Assembly: GCA_963813815.1 (NCBI GenBank)
Contig: CAWFAD010000007.1
Coordinates: 96,001 to 160,000 of the forward strand
Length of the DNA stretch: 64,000 bases
Reading direction: 5' to 3'
DNA from: an uncultured bacterium
GTDB lineage: Bacteria; Krumholzibacteriota; Krumholzibacteriia; Krumholzibacteriales; Krumholzibacteriaceae
A model generated the notes under the pieces. It did no database searches and was not told where the DNA came from. It saw only the letters and a program-made list of their open reading frames with translations. Made by a program: the position numbers and the translations under genes. Shown here in pieces: positions 51,348-60,387 of this stretch. The first letter of the stretch is position 1. Each line of letters starts with the position of its first letter.

Positions 51348-52415
51348 ATGGAAGAAGCCCTGAAAAGCATCGCCGGGCTCGTCGCCGCGGAGGAGCAGCG
51401 GCTCGGGCTGGACTCGAGATCGAGCTACTCGAGGGTCGCGCCCTCGTCCTTCGGCTCCGTGGAGATCGAGCTGAGCCGCGAGGAAGTGCTGCGCTCGGTC
51501 GCCGAAAGCCTCGGCGGCCGCGCCGCGCTCGAATCCTCCGGAGGGAGGGAGGCCGCGCTCGACGTCTCGGGGCTCTCGGTTCGGCTGCGGCTTCTCGGCG
51601 CGGAGCGGGGGCGGTTCCTCTGGGCGACCTCGAGCGTCGCGGACGTCCGGCGCGAGGCCGCGCATTCGGCCGAGCTCCTCACGCAGCTCATCATGGGAGA
51701 GACGGCGCGAGCGCTCAAGACGCAGGGCGATTGGCACCTCGTCCGCCTCGCCGACGATTACCACGGCTGGATCCGCTCCTGGTACGTCCGCGATACGGAA
51801 GGATCGGCGGTCGACGCATACGGCTCCTCGGCGAACGCCGTCGTCGCCGCCAACGTCGGCTACGCGTACTCCGAGCCCGACGAGCGGAGCGTTCCCGTGG
51901 CGGACGTCGTCGCGGGAGTGCGGCTCGAGGCGGGAGGATCGGTGCGCGGGTTCCGCCGGGTTTCGCTGCCCGGCGGGCGGAGCGGCTTCATGCGCGAGGG
52001 GGATCTCGCGCCGCCCCCGGCCGGGCCTCCCGATAGAGCGCGTCTCGTGGAGCGCGCCCGGCGCTTTCTCGGCATACCGTATCTCTGGGGAGGAACGAGC
52101 GCGAAGGGGTTCGACTGCTCGGGGCTCGTGAAGCGGGTGTACGCGATGGAGGGAGTGCCTCTGCCGCGCGACAGCGACCAGCAGGCGCTCGTCGGCTCGC
52201 TCATTCCCCGCGGCGAGGCGGACCGCGCGGCGCCGGGGGATCTGCTCTTTTTCGGCGAGGGAGGCGCCGTTTCCCACGTGGCGATTCACGTCGGAGCGGG
52301 GACGTTCATCCATGCGCACGGCGAGGTGAGGCTCACGAGCCTCGCGCCGGGCGACGAGCGCTACGAGGAAAAATTCGCCGGTATTTTTCTCTTCGGCCGG
52401 TCGATTATCTCGTGA
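51348..52415 (+). CDS. SH3b + NlpC/P60 (C40) peptidase, YkfC/dipeptidyl-peptidase VI-like
   Basis: TQLIMGE and DDYHGWI (SH3b); GIPYLWGG, GFDCSG, LPRDSDQQ, PGDLLFF, HVAI, FIHA. No signal peptide. Confidence 0.88.
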   Translation: MEEALKSIAGLVAAEEQRLGLDSRSSYSRVAPSSFGSVEIELSREEVLRSVAESLGGRAALESSGGREAALDVSGLSVRLRLLGAERGRFLWATSSVADVRREAAHSAELLTQLIMGETARALKTQGDWHLVRLADDYHGWIRSWYVRDTEGSAVDAYGSSANAVVAANVGYAYSEPDERSVPVADVVAGVRLEAGGSVRGFRRVSLPGGRSGFMREGDLAPPPAGPPDRARLVERARRFLGIPYLWGGTSAKGFDCSGLVKRVYAMEGVPLPRDSDQQALVGSLIPRGEADRAAPGDLLFFGEGGAVSHVAIHVGAGTFIHAHGEVRLTSLAPGDERYEEKFAGIFLFGRSIIS

Positions 52416-52459
52416 CGAACTTCCGCCGACCGCGGAGGGAGAGGAGGTCGATTTTCACG

Positions 52460-52515
52460 AAATTGAAAAAATTGTTAAAAAATTGTTGACAATTATTTTT
52501 CATGTGCCGTAAGGT
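52460..52515 (+). promoter_or_regulatory. AT-rich promoter with phased A-tracts and an overlapping dyad
   Basis: TTGACA (52486)-N18-TAAGGT; dyad AATTGT-tg-ACAATT at 52481-52494; upstream AAATTG units. Confidence 0.6.
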
Positions 52516-52817
52516 ATGCCCCAAAAAATAAGAGGGGGTTTTGAGGTTCAGTGAGAGGGGGTCATTCAGGAAAGATTTCAGTAACGCGCGTAGCGGACTG
52601 TTCTTGACGAGCGGGCTTGCAGCGATAGCCGCAGGCTCCAAAGGTTGTGAGTCTCCGTCGGGAAAGGGGGGACGAGCACAAGACGCACAAGGCGCTTCGT
52701 AAGGCGCACGATGCACAAGAAACCAGGAAGTTCATCCGCTTTTGGTTTGCGGTTATATAGAAGCAGGAATCCTGTAAGGGTCGTTCCCGAGAGGGATACT
52801 TTAACAGGGGGGTTAGA

Positions 52818-54017
52818 ATGAGTAAGTTCTTCACGGTCCTTCTTGCCGGTCTCTTCGTGTTTGCCGCGGCCGCTCCGGCGTCGGCTACCGATGCCCGCGT
52901 CGCTTCCCTCGCGTTCGCCGGCAACTATCTCGAAGACGACTACAACATCTTCACGTGGTATGGGACGCTGCCGTCCTACAGCAACATGGTCTGGATCGGC
53001 ATGCAGGATCTCGAATGGGACGAGGGCGACGAGATGTTCTATTACATGGGCGCCTCGTACGGCCTCGGCGAAGAGGGCAAGTACGGAACCCTCGCCATGT
53101 TCTACTATGACTACGCCATGGGTCTCAACCCGTTCGGCTGGGGCACGTTCAGCGACGGGCTGCCGAGCAAGTTCAGCGTGATGTACGGCTACTCGATGGA
53201 GAAGCTCTCGTTCGGTCTCTACTTCGATCGCGCCGACTACATGTACAAGTATGAGCAGGAAGTCGACCCGGAGTACCTCTACGAGAGCAACTATGCCTAC
53301 TCGACCTTCGGTGTTGGCCTTCGCTTCGACCTCGGCGAGAAGGCGTACATGGACGTCGCGGCGGATATGAGCCTCGCTTCCTACAAGTACGAGGAAACCG
53401 GCTACGACGACATCAGCGAGGACGCCAACAAGATGTACGGCTTCCGGGCTCGTATGTTCTACGAATGGAACGAGACGATCACCTGGGTGCCCTACTTCAA
53501 CTTCCGCACCTTCGATTTCTGTCTGCAGTCGGATGCGTATGACTACACCGGCGACAAGGGCATGATGCTCGACTTCGGCCTCGGCGCCAACGTCAAGGTC
53601 AACGAGGACAACCTGCTGCTCTTCGCCATCGAGCCGTACTCCTACGCCAAGTGGGAGCCGTCCAATCCGGCGTCCGGCGAGTCATACGAGTACACCATGA
53701 CGGTGATGCCGCGCTTCTATCTCGGTCTCGAGAGCGACGTCAAGGATTGGCTCACGTTCCGCGCGGGCGTCGCGAAGGAGCTCGTAAAGTATTCGGAAAC
53801 CGACGAAGTTGAAGGCGCGAGCAAGCAAACGTGGGAATCGACGGACGCCCCGTTCGACTTCTACATGGGCCTCGGCTTCCACGTGGGCGATTTCGACATC
53901 GACGCTCTGCTCAACAACGAAATGCCGATGCATCTCGGCTACTGGCTGACGGGCTATCAGCCTGAGGATTACGAAGAGCTGCCGATGTTCATGCTGACCG
54001 CGACGTACGGCTTCTAA
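52818..54017 (+). CDS. Putative major outer-membrane beta-barrel protein (porin-like)
   Basis: Signal peptide ending ASA; alternating aromatic beta-strands; rich in Tyr/Asp/Glu; C-terminal ATYGF; monocistronic with a strong terminator. Confidence 0.75.
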   Translation: MSKFFTVLLAGLFVFAAAAPASATDARVASLAFAGNYLEDDYNIFTWYGTLPSYSNMVWIGMQDLEWDEGDEMFYYMGASYGLGEEGKYGTLAMFYYDYAMGLNPFGWGTFSDGLPSKFSVMYGYSMEKLSFGLYFDRADYMYKYEQEVDPEYLYESNYAYSTFGVGLRFDLGEKAYMDVAADMSLASYKYEETGYDDISEDANKMYGFRARMFYEWNETITWVPYFNFRTFDFCLQSDAYDYTGDKGMMLDFGLGANVKVNEDNLLLFAIEPYSYAKWEPSNPASGESYEYTMTVMPRFYLGLESDVKDWLTFRAGVAKELVKYSETDEVEGASKQTWESTDAPFDFYMGLGFHVGDFDIDALLNNEMPMHLGYWLTGYQPEDYEELPMFMLTATYGF

Positions 54018-54038
54018 GCCGGCTCGCTCAAGGCAGAG

Positions 54039-54069
54039 AAAAGGGGGCTTTCCAAAGCCCCCTTTTTTT
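54039..54069 (+). terminator. Strong intrinsic terminator
   Basis: AAAAGGGGGCTTT-cc-AAAGCCCCCTTTTTTT. Confidence 0.9.
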
Positions 54070-54124
54070 ATGTCCGGCCCGTTCCTTGCAAGCTCCCCCT
54101 TGATTCACTGATCGAGGGGGAGCG

Positions 54125-55366
54125 GTGTATTTCTTCTACTATGTTCCGGTCGGGCTCGACGCGCCCGTGAAACGGCGGCCTTTCGTTACCTGGTTCCTGT
54201 TCGCCGTATGTGTAACTCTATTCATTTTATATAGATACAGACCGATCGGCGCCTGGTGGGACTTTACGCTCCTCATCTTCCAGCCCGGCTATCCGACGCT
54301 CGGTACCGCTTTCACGCACGCCTTTCTCCATGGCGGCTGGTTGCATCTTGCCGGGAACATGGTTTACCTCGTGCTCTTCGGGCGCGCGCTCGAGTCGAGG
54401 ATCGGACCCCTGCGGTTCTACGCCGTTTTCATGATCGCCGCCGCCGTCGGGGCGTTTCTCCATACCGTTCTCACGGCGATCGCCTCGCCGAGGTACCTCG
54501 AGTACGGGGTCATCGGGGCCTCAGGGGCGACCTCGGGCATCCTCGGCGCCTACTTCGTCCGGCTCTACTGGAGCAGGGTCCGCGTGGCGTATTGGGTCTT
54601 TATGCCGCTCCAGGGCGTGAACAAGACGGGGAGAACCTTCGTTCCGGTCGTGTTCGCCGTGCTTTTCTGGTTCGGTCTTCAGGCCGTCCGCGCCCTCGTT
54701 CAGTTCGGGATGGGGGGGGCGCACATCGCCTACGGCGAGCACATCGGCGGTTTCGCCGCGGGTGTCATCCTCGCGTTCGCCATGCGATCGTCGCGGGAGG
54801 CGCGGGCCGAGAGCTCGCTCGTCAAGGCGCGCCGCCATTTCGAGAAAGCGGAATGGTTCGGCGCCCAGGCGGAGTACGTCGAGTACCTCGCCTCTCATCC
54901 CGGGGACTCGGAGGCCCGCGCGGAGCTCGCCCGGGCCCAAATCTGCGCCGGGGACAGGATTCTGGCGAGCTCGAGCTACGCCGAGGCCGTCAAGGCGAGC
55001 ATGGAGAGAGGCGAGCGTGACCGGGCCGAGCGGCTCTTCGACGAGGCGTCGCGGCATCTGCCGCTCTTCGCCCTGAGCGAGAAGCTGCATCTCGACATCG
55101 CGTGCGGCATGGAGCGCACCCTCAAGTACCGGTCGGCGCTCGCCGCCTACGAGCACTATCTCTGGGAATACCCCGTCTCGGGCAACGCGGCGTTCGTGCT
55201 GCTCCGGATGGCGGGAATTCACGACCGGTGTCTCGACGAGCCGGAGGAGGCGATCTCGTGCTACCGGCGGCTCGCGACCGAGTACGCCTCGGACGCCTGG
55301 GCGGACTTCGCCCGCGCGGAGCTCGCCCGCAAGGTCCGGACCGGGGCTTCGGATCGCAAGAAATGA
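54125..55366 (+). CDS. Rhomboid intramembrane serine protease with C-terminal TPR-like domain
   Basis: FLHGGWLHLAGNM, catalytic GASG, EHIGGF; helical TPR-like C-terminal ~190 aa. Confidence 0.88.
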   Translation: MYFFYYVPVGLDAPVKRRPFVTWFLFAVCVTLFILYRYRPIGAWWDFTLLIFQPGYPTLGTAFTHAFLHGGWLHLAGNMVYLVLFGRALESRIGPLRFYAVFMIAAAVGAFLHTVLTAIASPRYLEYGVIGASGATSGILGAYFVRLYWSRVRVAYWVFMPLQGVNKTGRTFVPVVFAVLFWFGLQAVRALVQFGMGGAHIAYGEHIGGFAAGVILAFAMRSSREARAESSLVKARRHFEKAEWFGAQAEYVEYLASHPGDSEARAELARAQICAGDRILASSSYAEAVKASMERGERDRAERLFDEASRHLPLFALSEKLHLDIACGMERTLKYRSALAAYEHYLWEYPVSGNAAFVLLRMAGIHDRCLDEPEEAISCYRRLATEYASDAWADFARAELARKVRTGASDRKK

Positions 55367-55454
55367 TGTACAACGCCGCAGCGGATATGCCAAAATGCTT
55401 GCGGCGCGGATGGGCTTCTGTTAGGTTTCAGCGTCGGTGCGGGGCGGTGAGGAT

Positions 55455-56132
55455 GTGGGTTCCGGGAGGTCGTCACTCGAGCTGCTGAGATCGCGGGGAT
55501 TCTTGCGCGGTCTCGATGCTGCGAGCGACAGTGAGCTGCTCGCGCTCGTCATCGGCGAGTCGCGTGGACGCGGCGGCGAAACGATCGCCCGGGAGCTCAT
55601 CGATCACTTCGGTGATCTGCCGGGGGTGGGAAGCGCCGCCGCCGAGGAGTATATGTTCTTCGATGGCGTGGGACGCGCGGCGTCCCTTCGGATCAAAGCC
55701 GCCTTCGAGCTCGGGCGGCGCACCGTGACGGTCTTTCGCGAGCGGGCCGTTCGAACCGCGCGCTCGCCTGGGGACGTCGCCGCGCTCATGATTCCCGAGA
55801 TGAGCGATCTCGATCGCGAGCATTTCAAGGCCATTCTCCTCAACACGAAGAACGGAATTCTCCGAATCGTGACGGTCGCCGTCGGCTCGCTCAACGCAGC
55901 ACTCGTCCACCCGCGGGAGCTTTTCAAGGCCGCCGTCGCAGCGAGCGCCGCGGGGGTCATTCTCGTCCACAACCATCCGACGGGCAATCCGGAGCCGAGC
56001 GCCGAGGATACGGAGCTCACGACGCGCTTCGCGCGGTGCGGAGAGCTGCTCGGCATCGAGCTCGTCGACCACATCGTCATCGGCGGCTCGCGCTGGGTGA
56101 GCATGCGCGAGAGAGGCGTCCTCGGGGGCTGA
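55455..56132 (+). CDS. radC: RadC family JAB-domain protein
   Basis: SDSELLAL, AAFELGRR, VHPRELFK, HNHPTG..S.ED, DHIVIG. Start approximate. Confidence 0.92.
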   Translation: MGSGRSSLELLRSRGFLRGLDAASDSELLALVIGESRGRGGETIARELIDHFGDLPGVGSAAAEEYMFFDGVGRAASLRIKAAFELGRRTVTVFRERAVRTARSPGDVAALMIPEMSDLDREHFKAILLNTKNGILRIVTVAVGSLNAALVHPRELFKAAVAASAAGVILVHNHPTGNPEPSAEDTELTTRFARCGELLGIELVDHIVIGGSRWVSMRERGVLGG

Positions 56133-56147
56133 AAGGAAGGGCACGAG

Positions 56148-57182
56148 GTGTTGGACCGGCTGGCGAACTATTTCTCGAACGATATCGCGATCGATCTCGG
56201 AACGGCGAACACGCTCGTTTACATCAAGGGAAACGGGATCGTTCTCAACGAACCTTCCGTGGTCGCGATCGACCAGAAGACGAGGAAGGTCTACGCGGTC
56301 GGCGCCGAGGCGAAGGCGATGCTCGGCAAGACCCCCGACCACATCGTCGCCATCCGGCCGCTCAAGGACGGGGTCATCGCCGATTTCGAGATCACGGAAG
56401 TAATGCTTCGCGAGTTCATCCGCAAGGCGCAGAAGAAGCGCTTCTTCATCCGTCCCCGGATCGTCATCGCCGTGCCTTCGGGGATAACCGAGGTGGAGCG
56501 CCGCGCGGTGACCGACTCGGCGCAGAACGCCGGCGCCCGCGAGGTCTACCTCATCGCGGAGCCCGTCGCCTCGGCGATCGGGGTGGGGCTTCCCGTCGAC
56601 AAGCCTTCGGGAAACATGGTGATCGACATCGGAGGCGGCACGACCGAGATCGCCGTCATCGCCCTGAACGGGATCGTCACCGATATGTCGATCAGGGTTG
56701 CCGGCGACGAGATGGACGAGGCGATCGTCGTCCACATCAAGAAGGCGTACAACCTCCTCATCGGCGATCAAACCGCCGAGCACGTGAAGATGGTGATCGG
56801 CTCGGCCACGAAGCTCAAGAAAGAGGAGGAGATGGAAGTCAAGGGGCGGGATCTCGTCTCGGGGATTCCGAAAACCCTCAGGATTTCGAGCGCCGAGGTT
56901 CGCGAGGCGCTCGCGGAGCCGCTGGCCCAGATGGTCGCGGCCGTCAAGCAGGCGCTCGAGCAGACGCCGCCCGAGCTCGCCGCGGATATCGTCGACCGGG
57001 GAATCGTGATGACGGGGGGCGGATCGCTGCTCCGGGGGCTCGACGTGCTCCTCAAGGAGGAGACGAATCTCCCGATCAACGTCGTCGAGGATCCCCTGAC
57101 CTGCGTCGTTCTCGGATGCGGCAAGGTTCTGTCGAACCTGCACCAGTACGAACGGATCATTCTCAAGAGCTCCCGGTTTTAG
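56148..57182 (+). CDS. mreB: Rod shape-determining protein MreB
   Basis: [29 protein letters not shown]. Confidence 0.97.
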   Translation: MLDRLANYFSNDIAIDLGTANTLVYIKGNGIVLNEPSVVAIDQKTRKVYAVGAEAKAMLGKTPDHIVAIRPLKDGVIADFEITEVMLREFIRKAQKKRFFIRPRIVIAVPSGITEVERRAVTDSAQNAGAREVYLIAEPVASAIGVGLPVDKPSGNMVIDIGGGTTEIAVIALNGIVTDMSIRVAGDEMDEAIVVHIKKAYNLLIGDQTAEHVKMVIGSATKLKKEEEMEVKGRDLVSGIPKTLRISSAEVREALAEPLAQMVAAVKQALEQTPPELAADIVDRGIVMTGGGSLLRGLDVLLKEETNLPINVVEDPLTCVVLGCGKVLSNLHQYERIILKSSRF

Positions 57183-57184
57183 GA

Positions 57185-58039
57185 ATGCACATCTTTTCCT
57201 TTCTGTTCGACCGGCACCTCGACAAAACGGTCCTCGTGATCGCCGTCGCCGCGGGTGTCGTGCTCCTGTCGCTCGGCGAGGAGACGCAGATCAGGGAGGC
57301 GCGGCGGGTGACCGCGGTGCTGCTCTACCCGGTGCACCGCGCCGCTTCGTATTTCGCCTCCGTCGAATCGCTCGAATCCGAGAACGAGAAGCTCCGGGCG
57401 ATGGTCGCCACCCTCTACCAGGAACGGGAGCGTCTGCTGCAGTTCCGCGACGAGCGGGAGCGTCTGCGGGCTCTCATGGATCTGCGCGAGGATCCCTTCC
57501 ACACGTTCGTGGCGTGCGAGGTGACGAGCCGCTCTCCGAGCCCCTTCATCCAGTCGGTGACGATCGACCGCGGCGAGGCGGACAGCGTGCGGGTCGGCAT
57601 GGCGGTCGTCGGTTACCGCGGGCTCGTCGGGCGCGTTTCGCAGGTGTTTCCCCGCGCGGCCGAGGTGCTCCTTATCAGCAACAAATCGATATCGGTGAGC
57701 TGCGTCAATCGGCGCAGCCGCGTCGTCGGCATACTCGAATGGGACCGTTCCAACCTCTTCCGGCTCGAATACGTGGGCAAGGAAGAGGACGTGACGGCGG
57801 GGGATACGCTGCTGACGAGCGGCTACGGCGGGCTCTTTCCGCGCGGCTTTCTCGTCGGGACGGTGTTCCAGGTCGCCGATGAGCGGAGCGGCATCGCGAA
57901 GCGCGTGCGCGTGGCGAGTCTCGCGAACCTGAACGCGCTCGAGGAGCTCTTCATCGTGACGGGCACGCGCGGATGGCGCGACGACCGGCTCTACGACGAG
58001 CTCGAAAAGCTCGAGGCCCGCGGAGGGCGGAGGCGATAG
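57185..58039 (+). CDS. mreC: Rod shape-determining protein MreC
   Basis: TM, coiled coil ENEKLR, IDRG..DSV, GLVGRV, GDTLLTSGYGGLFPRG. Confidence 0.92.
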   Translation: MHIFSFLFDRHLDKTVLVIAVAAGVVLLSLGEETQIREARRVTAVLLYPVHRAASYFASVESLESENEKLRAMVATLYQERERLLQFRDERERLRALMDLREDPFHTFVACEVTSRSPSPFIQSVTIDRGEADSVRVGMAVVGYRGLVGRVSQVFPRAAEVLLISNKSISVSCVNRRSRVVGILEWDRSNLFRLEYVGKEEDVTAGDTLLTSGYGGLFPRGFLVGTVFQVADERSGIAKRVRVASLANLNALEELFIVTGTRGWRDDRLYDELEKLEARGGRRR

Positions 58040-58040
58040 C

Positions 58041-58535
58041 ATGAAACCGGCCCGGATGATACTCGTCGCGGCGATCGTCTTCGTGCTCCAGCTCACGATC
58101 GCCCAGCGGATGCGGGTCGCCGGAGCCGCTCCGGATCTCCTCGTCATCCTGCTCGCGGCGATCGCGCTCGGGCGCGGCCCCGTTTTCGCCGTCGTCGCCG
58201 GCGCGCTCATCGGCTTCCTGAGCGATCTCGGAAACGCGTCGTTCCTCGGGCTCGGCGTCATCGCGAAGTCGATCCTCGCGTACGGGATGACCCGGCTCGG
58301 CGGCGTTCTGCCCGAGCACATCCTCTACCGGGGGATCGTCATTCTCGCCGCGTGTCTCGTGAACGATCTCATAACGCTCGCCGTGACCTCGTCCTTCTCG
58401 CCGGGCGACATCATCGTGTCGTTTTTCCGGCACTCGATCCTGTCCGCCCTGTACTCAGCGCTTCTCGGCGTCGCCATCTTCGCGTTTCTCGAGCTCTTCG
58501 GGAGGAGGGTGGTGCGTTCCAATGGGAGCGCTTGA
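58041..58535 (+). CDS. mreD: Rod shape-determining protein MreD
   Basis: Hydrophobic, APDLL, GFLSDL; operon position. Confidence 0.88.
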   Translation: MKPARMILVAAIVFVLQLTIAQRMRVAGAAPDLLVILLAAIALGRGPVFAVVAGALIGFLSDLGNASFLGLGVIAKSILAYGMTRLGGVLPEHILYRGIVILAACLVNDLITLAVTSSFSPGDIIVSFFRHSILSALYSALLGVAIFAFLELFGRRVVRSNGSA

Positions 58536-60381
58536 CGCGAGAGACGTGTCGGTGCTCGACCCGAGGCGCCGAACCCTGTCGACGATCCTCATGTGCGTCA
58601 TGGCGATCCTCGCCATCCGCCTCTTCTGGCTGCAGGTCGTGCGCCACGAGCATTTCGCGAAGCTCTCCTATTCGAATCAGCTCCAGCGGGAGAGGATTCC
58701 CGCCCCGCGCGGGATCATCCGCGCGCGCTACGGCGAAAAGCTCGTTGTCAACATGCCCGTGTACCAGATCAGCATCCTGCCGAACCGGGCCGCCCGCAAG
58801 CGCGAGCTTCTCGCCCTCGCCTGCGAGTGGCTCGGGATCGATCCGAAGGCGGTCGAGAGCGATCTCGACGCGTGGATGAAGCGCTACTCCGACGGACGGG
58901 AGATGGTGGTCGTTCAGGCGGCGAACAAGGAGCAGATCTCGGTGCTGCGGGAAAACCGGGTCCTCCTTTCGTTCTTCAAGCTCGCGATGCGGCCGCGGCG
59001 CTACTTTCCCGAGGGGAAGCTCGCCGCGCACCTGTTCGGCTACGTCGGCGAGGTGACGGACGAGGAGATCGTGGGTCCCGGCGATCTCGAGCGAGGGGAC
59101 ATCATCGGGCGCACGGGGCTCGAGTCGTCGTACGAGCGCTACCTCAGGGGAACGGACGGCATCCGCATCATCGGTATCAGCGTCGAGGGCACGCAGGTGG
59201 GGGAGATCAGCGGGCTCATGGGCGGCGACGAGATCGAGCGGCTCGGCGGGGCTCGCCCGAGCGTCCCCGGCTGCGACGTCATTCTCACGATCGATCTCGC
59301 GGCGCAGCGCGCGGCGGAGGCCGCGTTTCAGTGGGAACGGGGCGCGCTCGTCGCCATGGACCCGCGCACCGGCGATATCCTCGCCATGGTGAGCCGCCCC
59401 ACCTACGATCCGAACATGTTCATCGAGGGCGTGAGCGGGGAGCGCTGGCGTGAGCTTTTCGACGACGTGGCGCGGCCGATGTTCAACCGCACGGTGCAGG
59501 CCGCCTATCCGCCGGGCTCCGTGTTCAAGTCCGTCACCGCCTACTCGGCGCTCGTGAACGGCCGGATCGGCGAGCATACGCTGCAGCATCCGTGCTTCGG
59601 CGGCTTTCGGTTCGGCAACCGGTACTTCCGGTGCTGGCAGGCGAAAGGCCACGGTTCTCTCGCTCTCGAGGGTGCGATCATCCAGTCATGCGATACGTAC
59701 TTCTACCAGCTCGGCGAGAAGCTCGAGGTCGACGAGCTCTCGACTTCCGCCCGTCTCTTCGGCCTCGGCCGGAAGACCGGCGTCGACCTGCCGAGCGAGG
59801 TGTCGGGCGTGGTTCCGGATCGGGCGTATCTCGACCGGCGGTTCGGCAAGCGCGGATGGACGAAGGGCCTCATGCTCAATTTCTCGATCGGGCAGGGAGA
59901 GATTCTGACGACTCCCGTCCAGCTCTGCGCGCTCACGTCGCGTATCGCGAACGGCGGCAAGCCGATCCAGCCGCACGTCGTGAAGGAGATCGTCGACCCC
60001 GACGGAAAGGTCGTGTACCGGTTCCATCGGCAGGGCGGGTCTGAACCGGCCGTCGACCGGCGGGCGCTCGACATCATCCGCGAGGCGCTGCGCGGCGTCG
60101 TGGCGAACGAGCGGGGAACGGGGCGCGCCGCGGCCGTTCCCGGCATCAGCGTCGCCGGCAAGACGGGAACGGCGCAGAATCCTCACGGCGAGGATCACGC
60201 GCTCTTCGTCGCCTATGCGCCCGCGGAGGATCCGACGATCTGCATCGCGATCGTCATGGAGAACGCCGGGCACGGAGGCTCGATGGCGGCCCCGGTCGCC
60301 CGGCAGGTGCTCGCTGCTTATTTCGCGCCTCCGGAGGGACCGCCGGCTCCGGCGAACGTCGCGCTCGGCGGGGGAGGATGA
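58522..60381 (+). CDS. mrdA: Penicillin-binding protein 2
   Basis: PAPRGII, YPPGSVFK (SxxK), SCD, KTGTAQ. Confidence 0.95.
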   Translation: MGALDARDVSVLDPRRRTLSTILMCVMAILAIRLFWLQVVRHEHFAKLSYSNQLQRERIPAPRGIIRARYGEKLVVNMPVYQISILPNRAARKRELLALACEWLGIDPKAVESDLDAWMKRYSDGREMVVVQAANKEQISVLRENRVLLSFFKLAMRPRRYFPEGKLAAHLFGYVGEVTDEEIVGPGDLERGDIIGRTGLESSYERYLRGTDGIRIIGISVEGTQVGEISGLMGGDEIERLGGARPSVPGCDVILTIDLAAQRAAEAAFQWERGALVAMDPRTGDILAMVSRPTYDPNMFIEGVSGERWRELFDDVARPMFNRTVQAAYPPGSVFKSVTAYSALVNGRIGEHTLQHPCFGGFRFGNRYFRCWQAKGHGSLALEGAIIQSCDTYFYQLGEKLEVDELSTSARLFGLGRKTGVDLPSEVSGVVPDRAYLDRRFGKRGWTKGLMLNFSIGQGEILTTPVQLCALTSRIANGGKPIQPHVVKEIVDPDGKVVYRFHRQGGSEPAVDRRALDIIREALRGVVANERGTGRAAAVPGISVAGKTGTAQNPHGEDHALFVAYAPAEDPTICIAIVMENAGHGGSMAAPVARQVLAAYFAPPEGPPAPANVALGGGG

Positions 60382-60387
60382 CGTCGC

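Noticed and set aside
52640..52700. c-di-GMP-I riboswitch (GAAA...GGGACG resemblance)
   Set aside because: The GCAAA flanks and second stem are not recognisable; needs an Infernal search.
55455..56132. radC as a marker of a mobile element
   Set aside because: It is the full-length chromosomal type in its usual position before mreBCD, with no integrase or transposase nearby.
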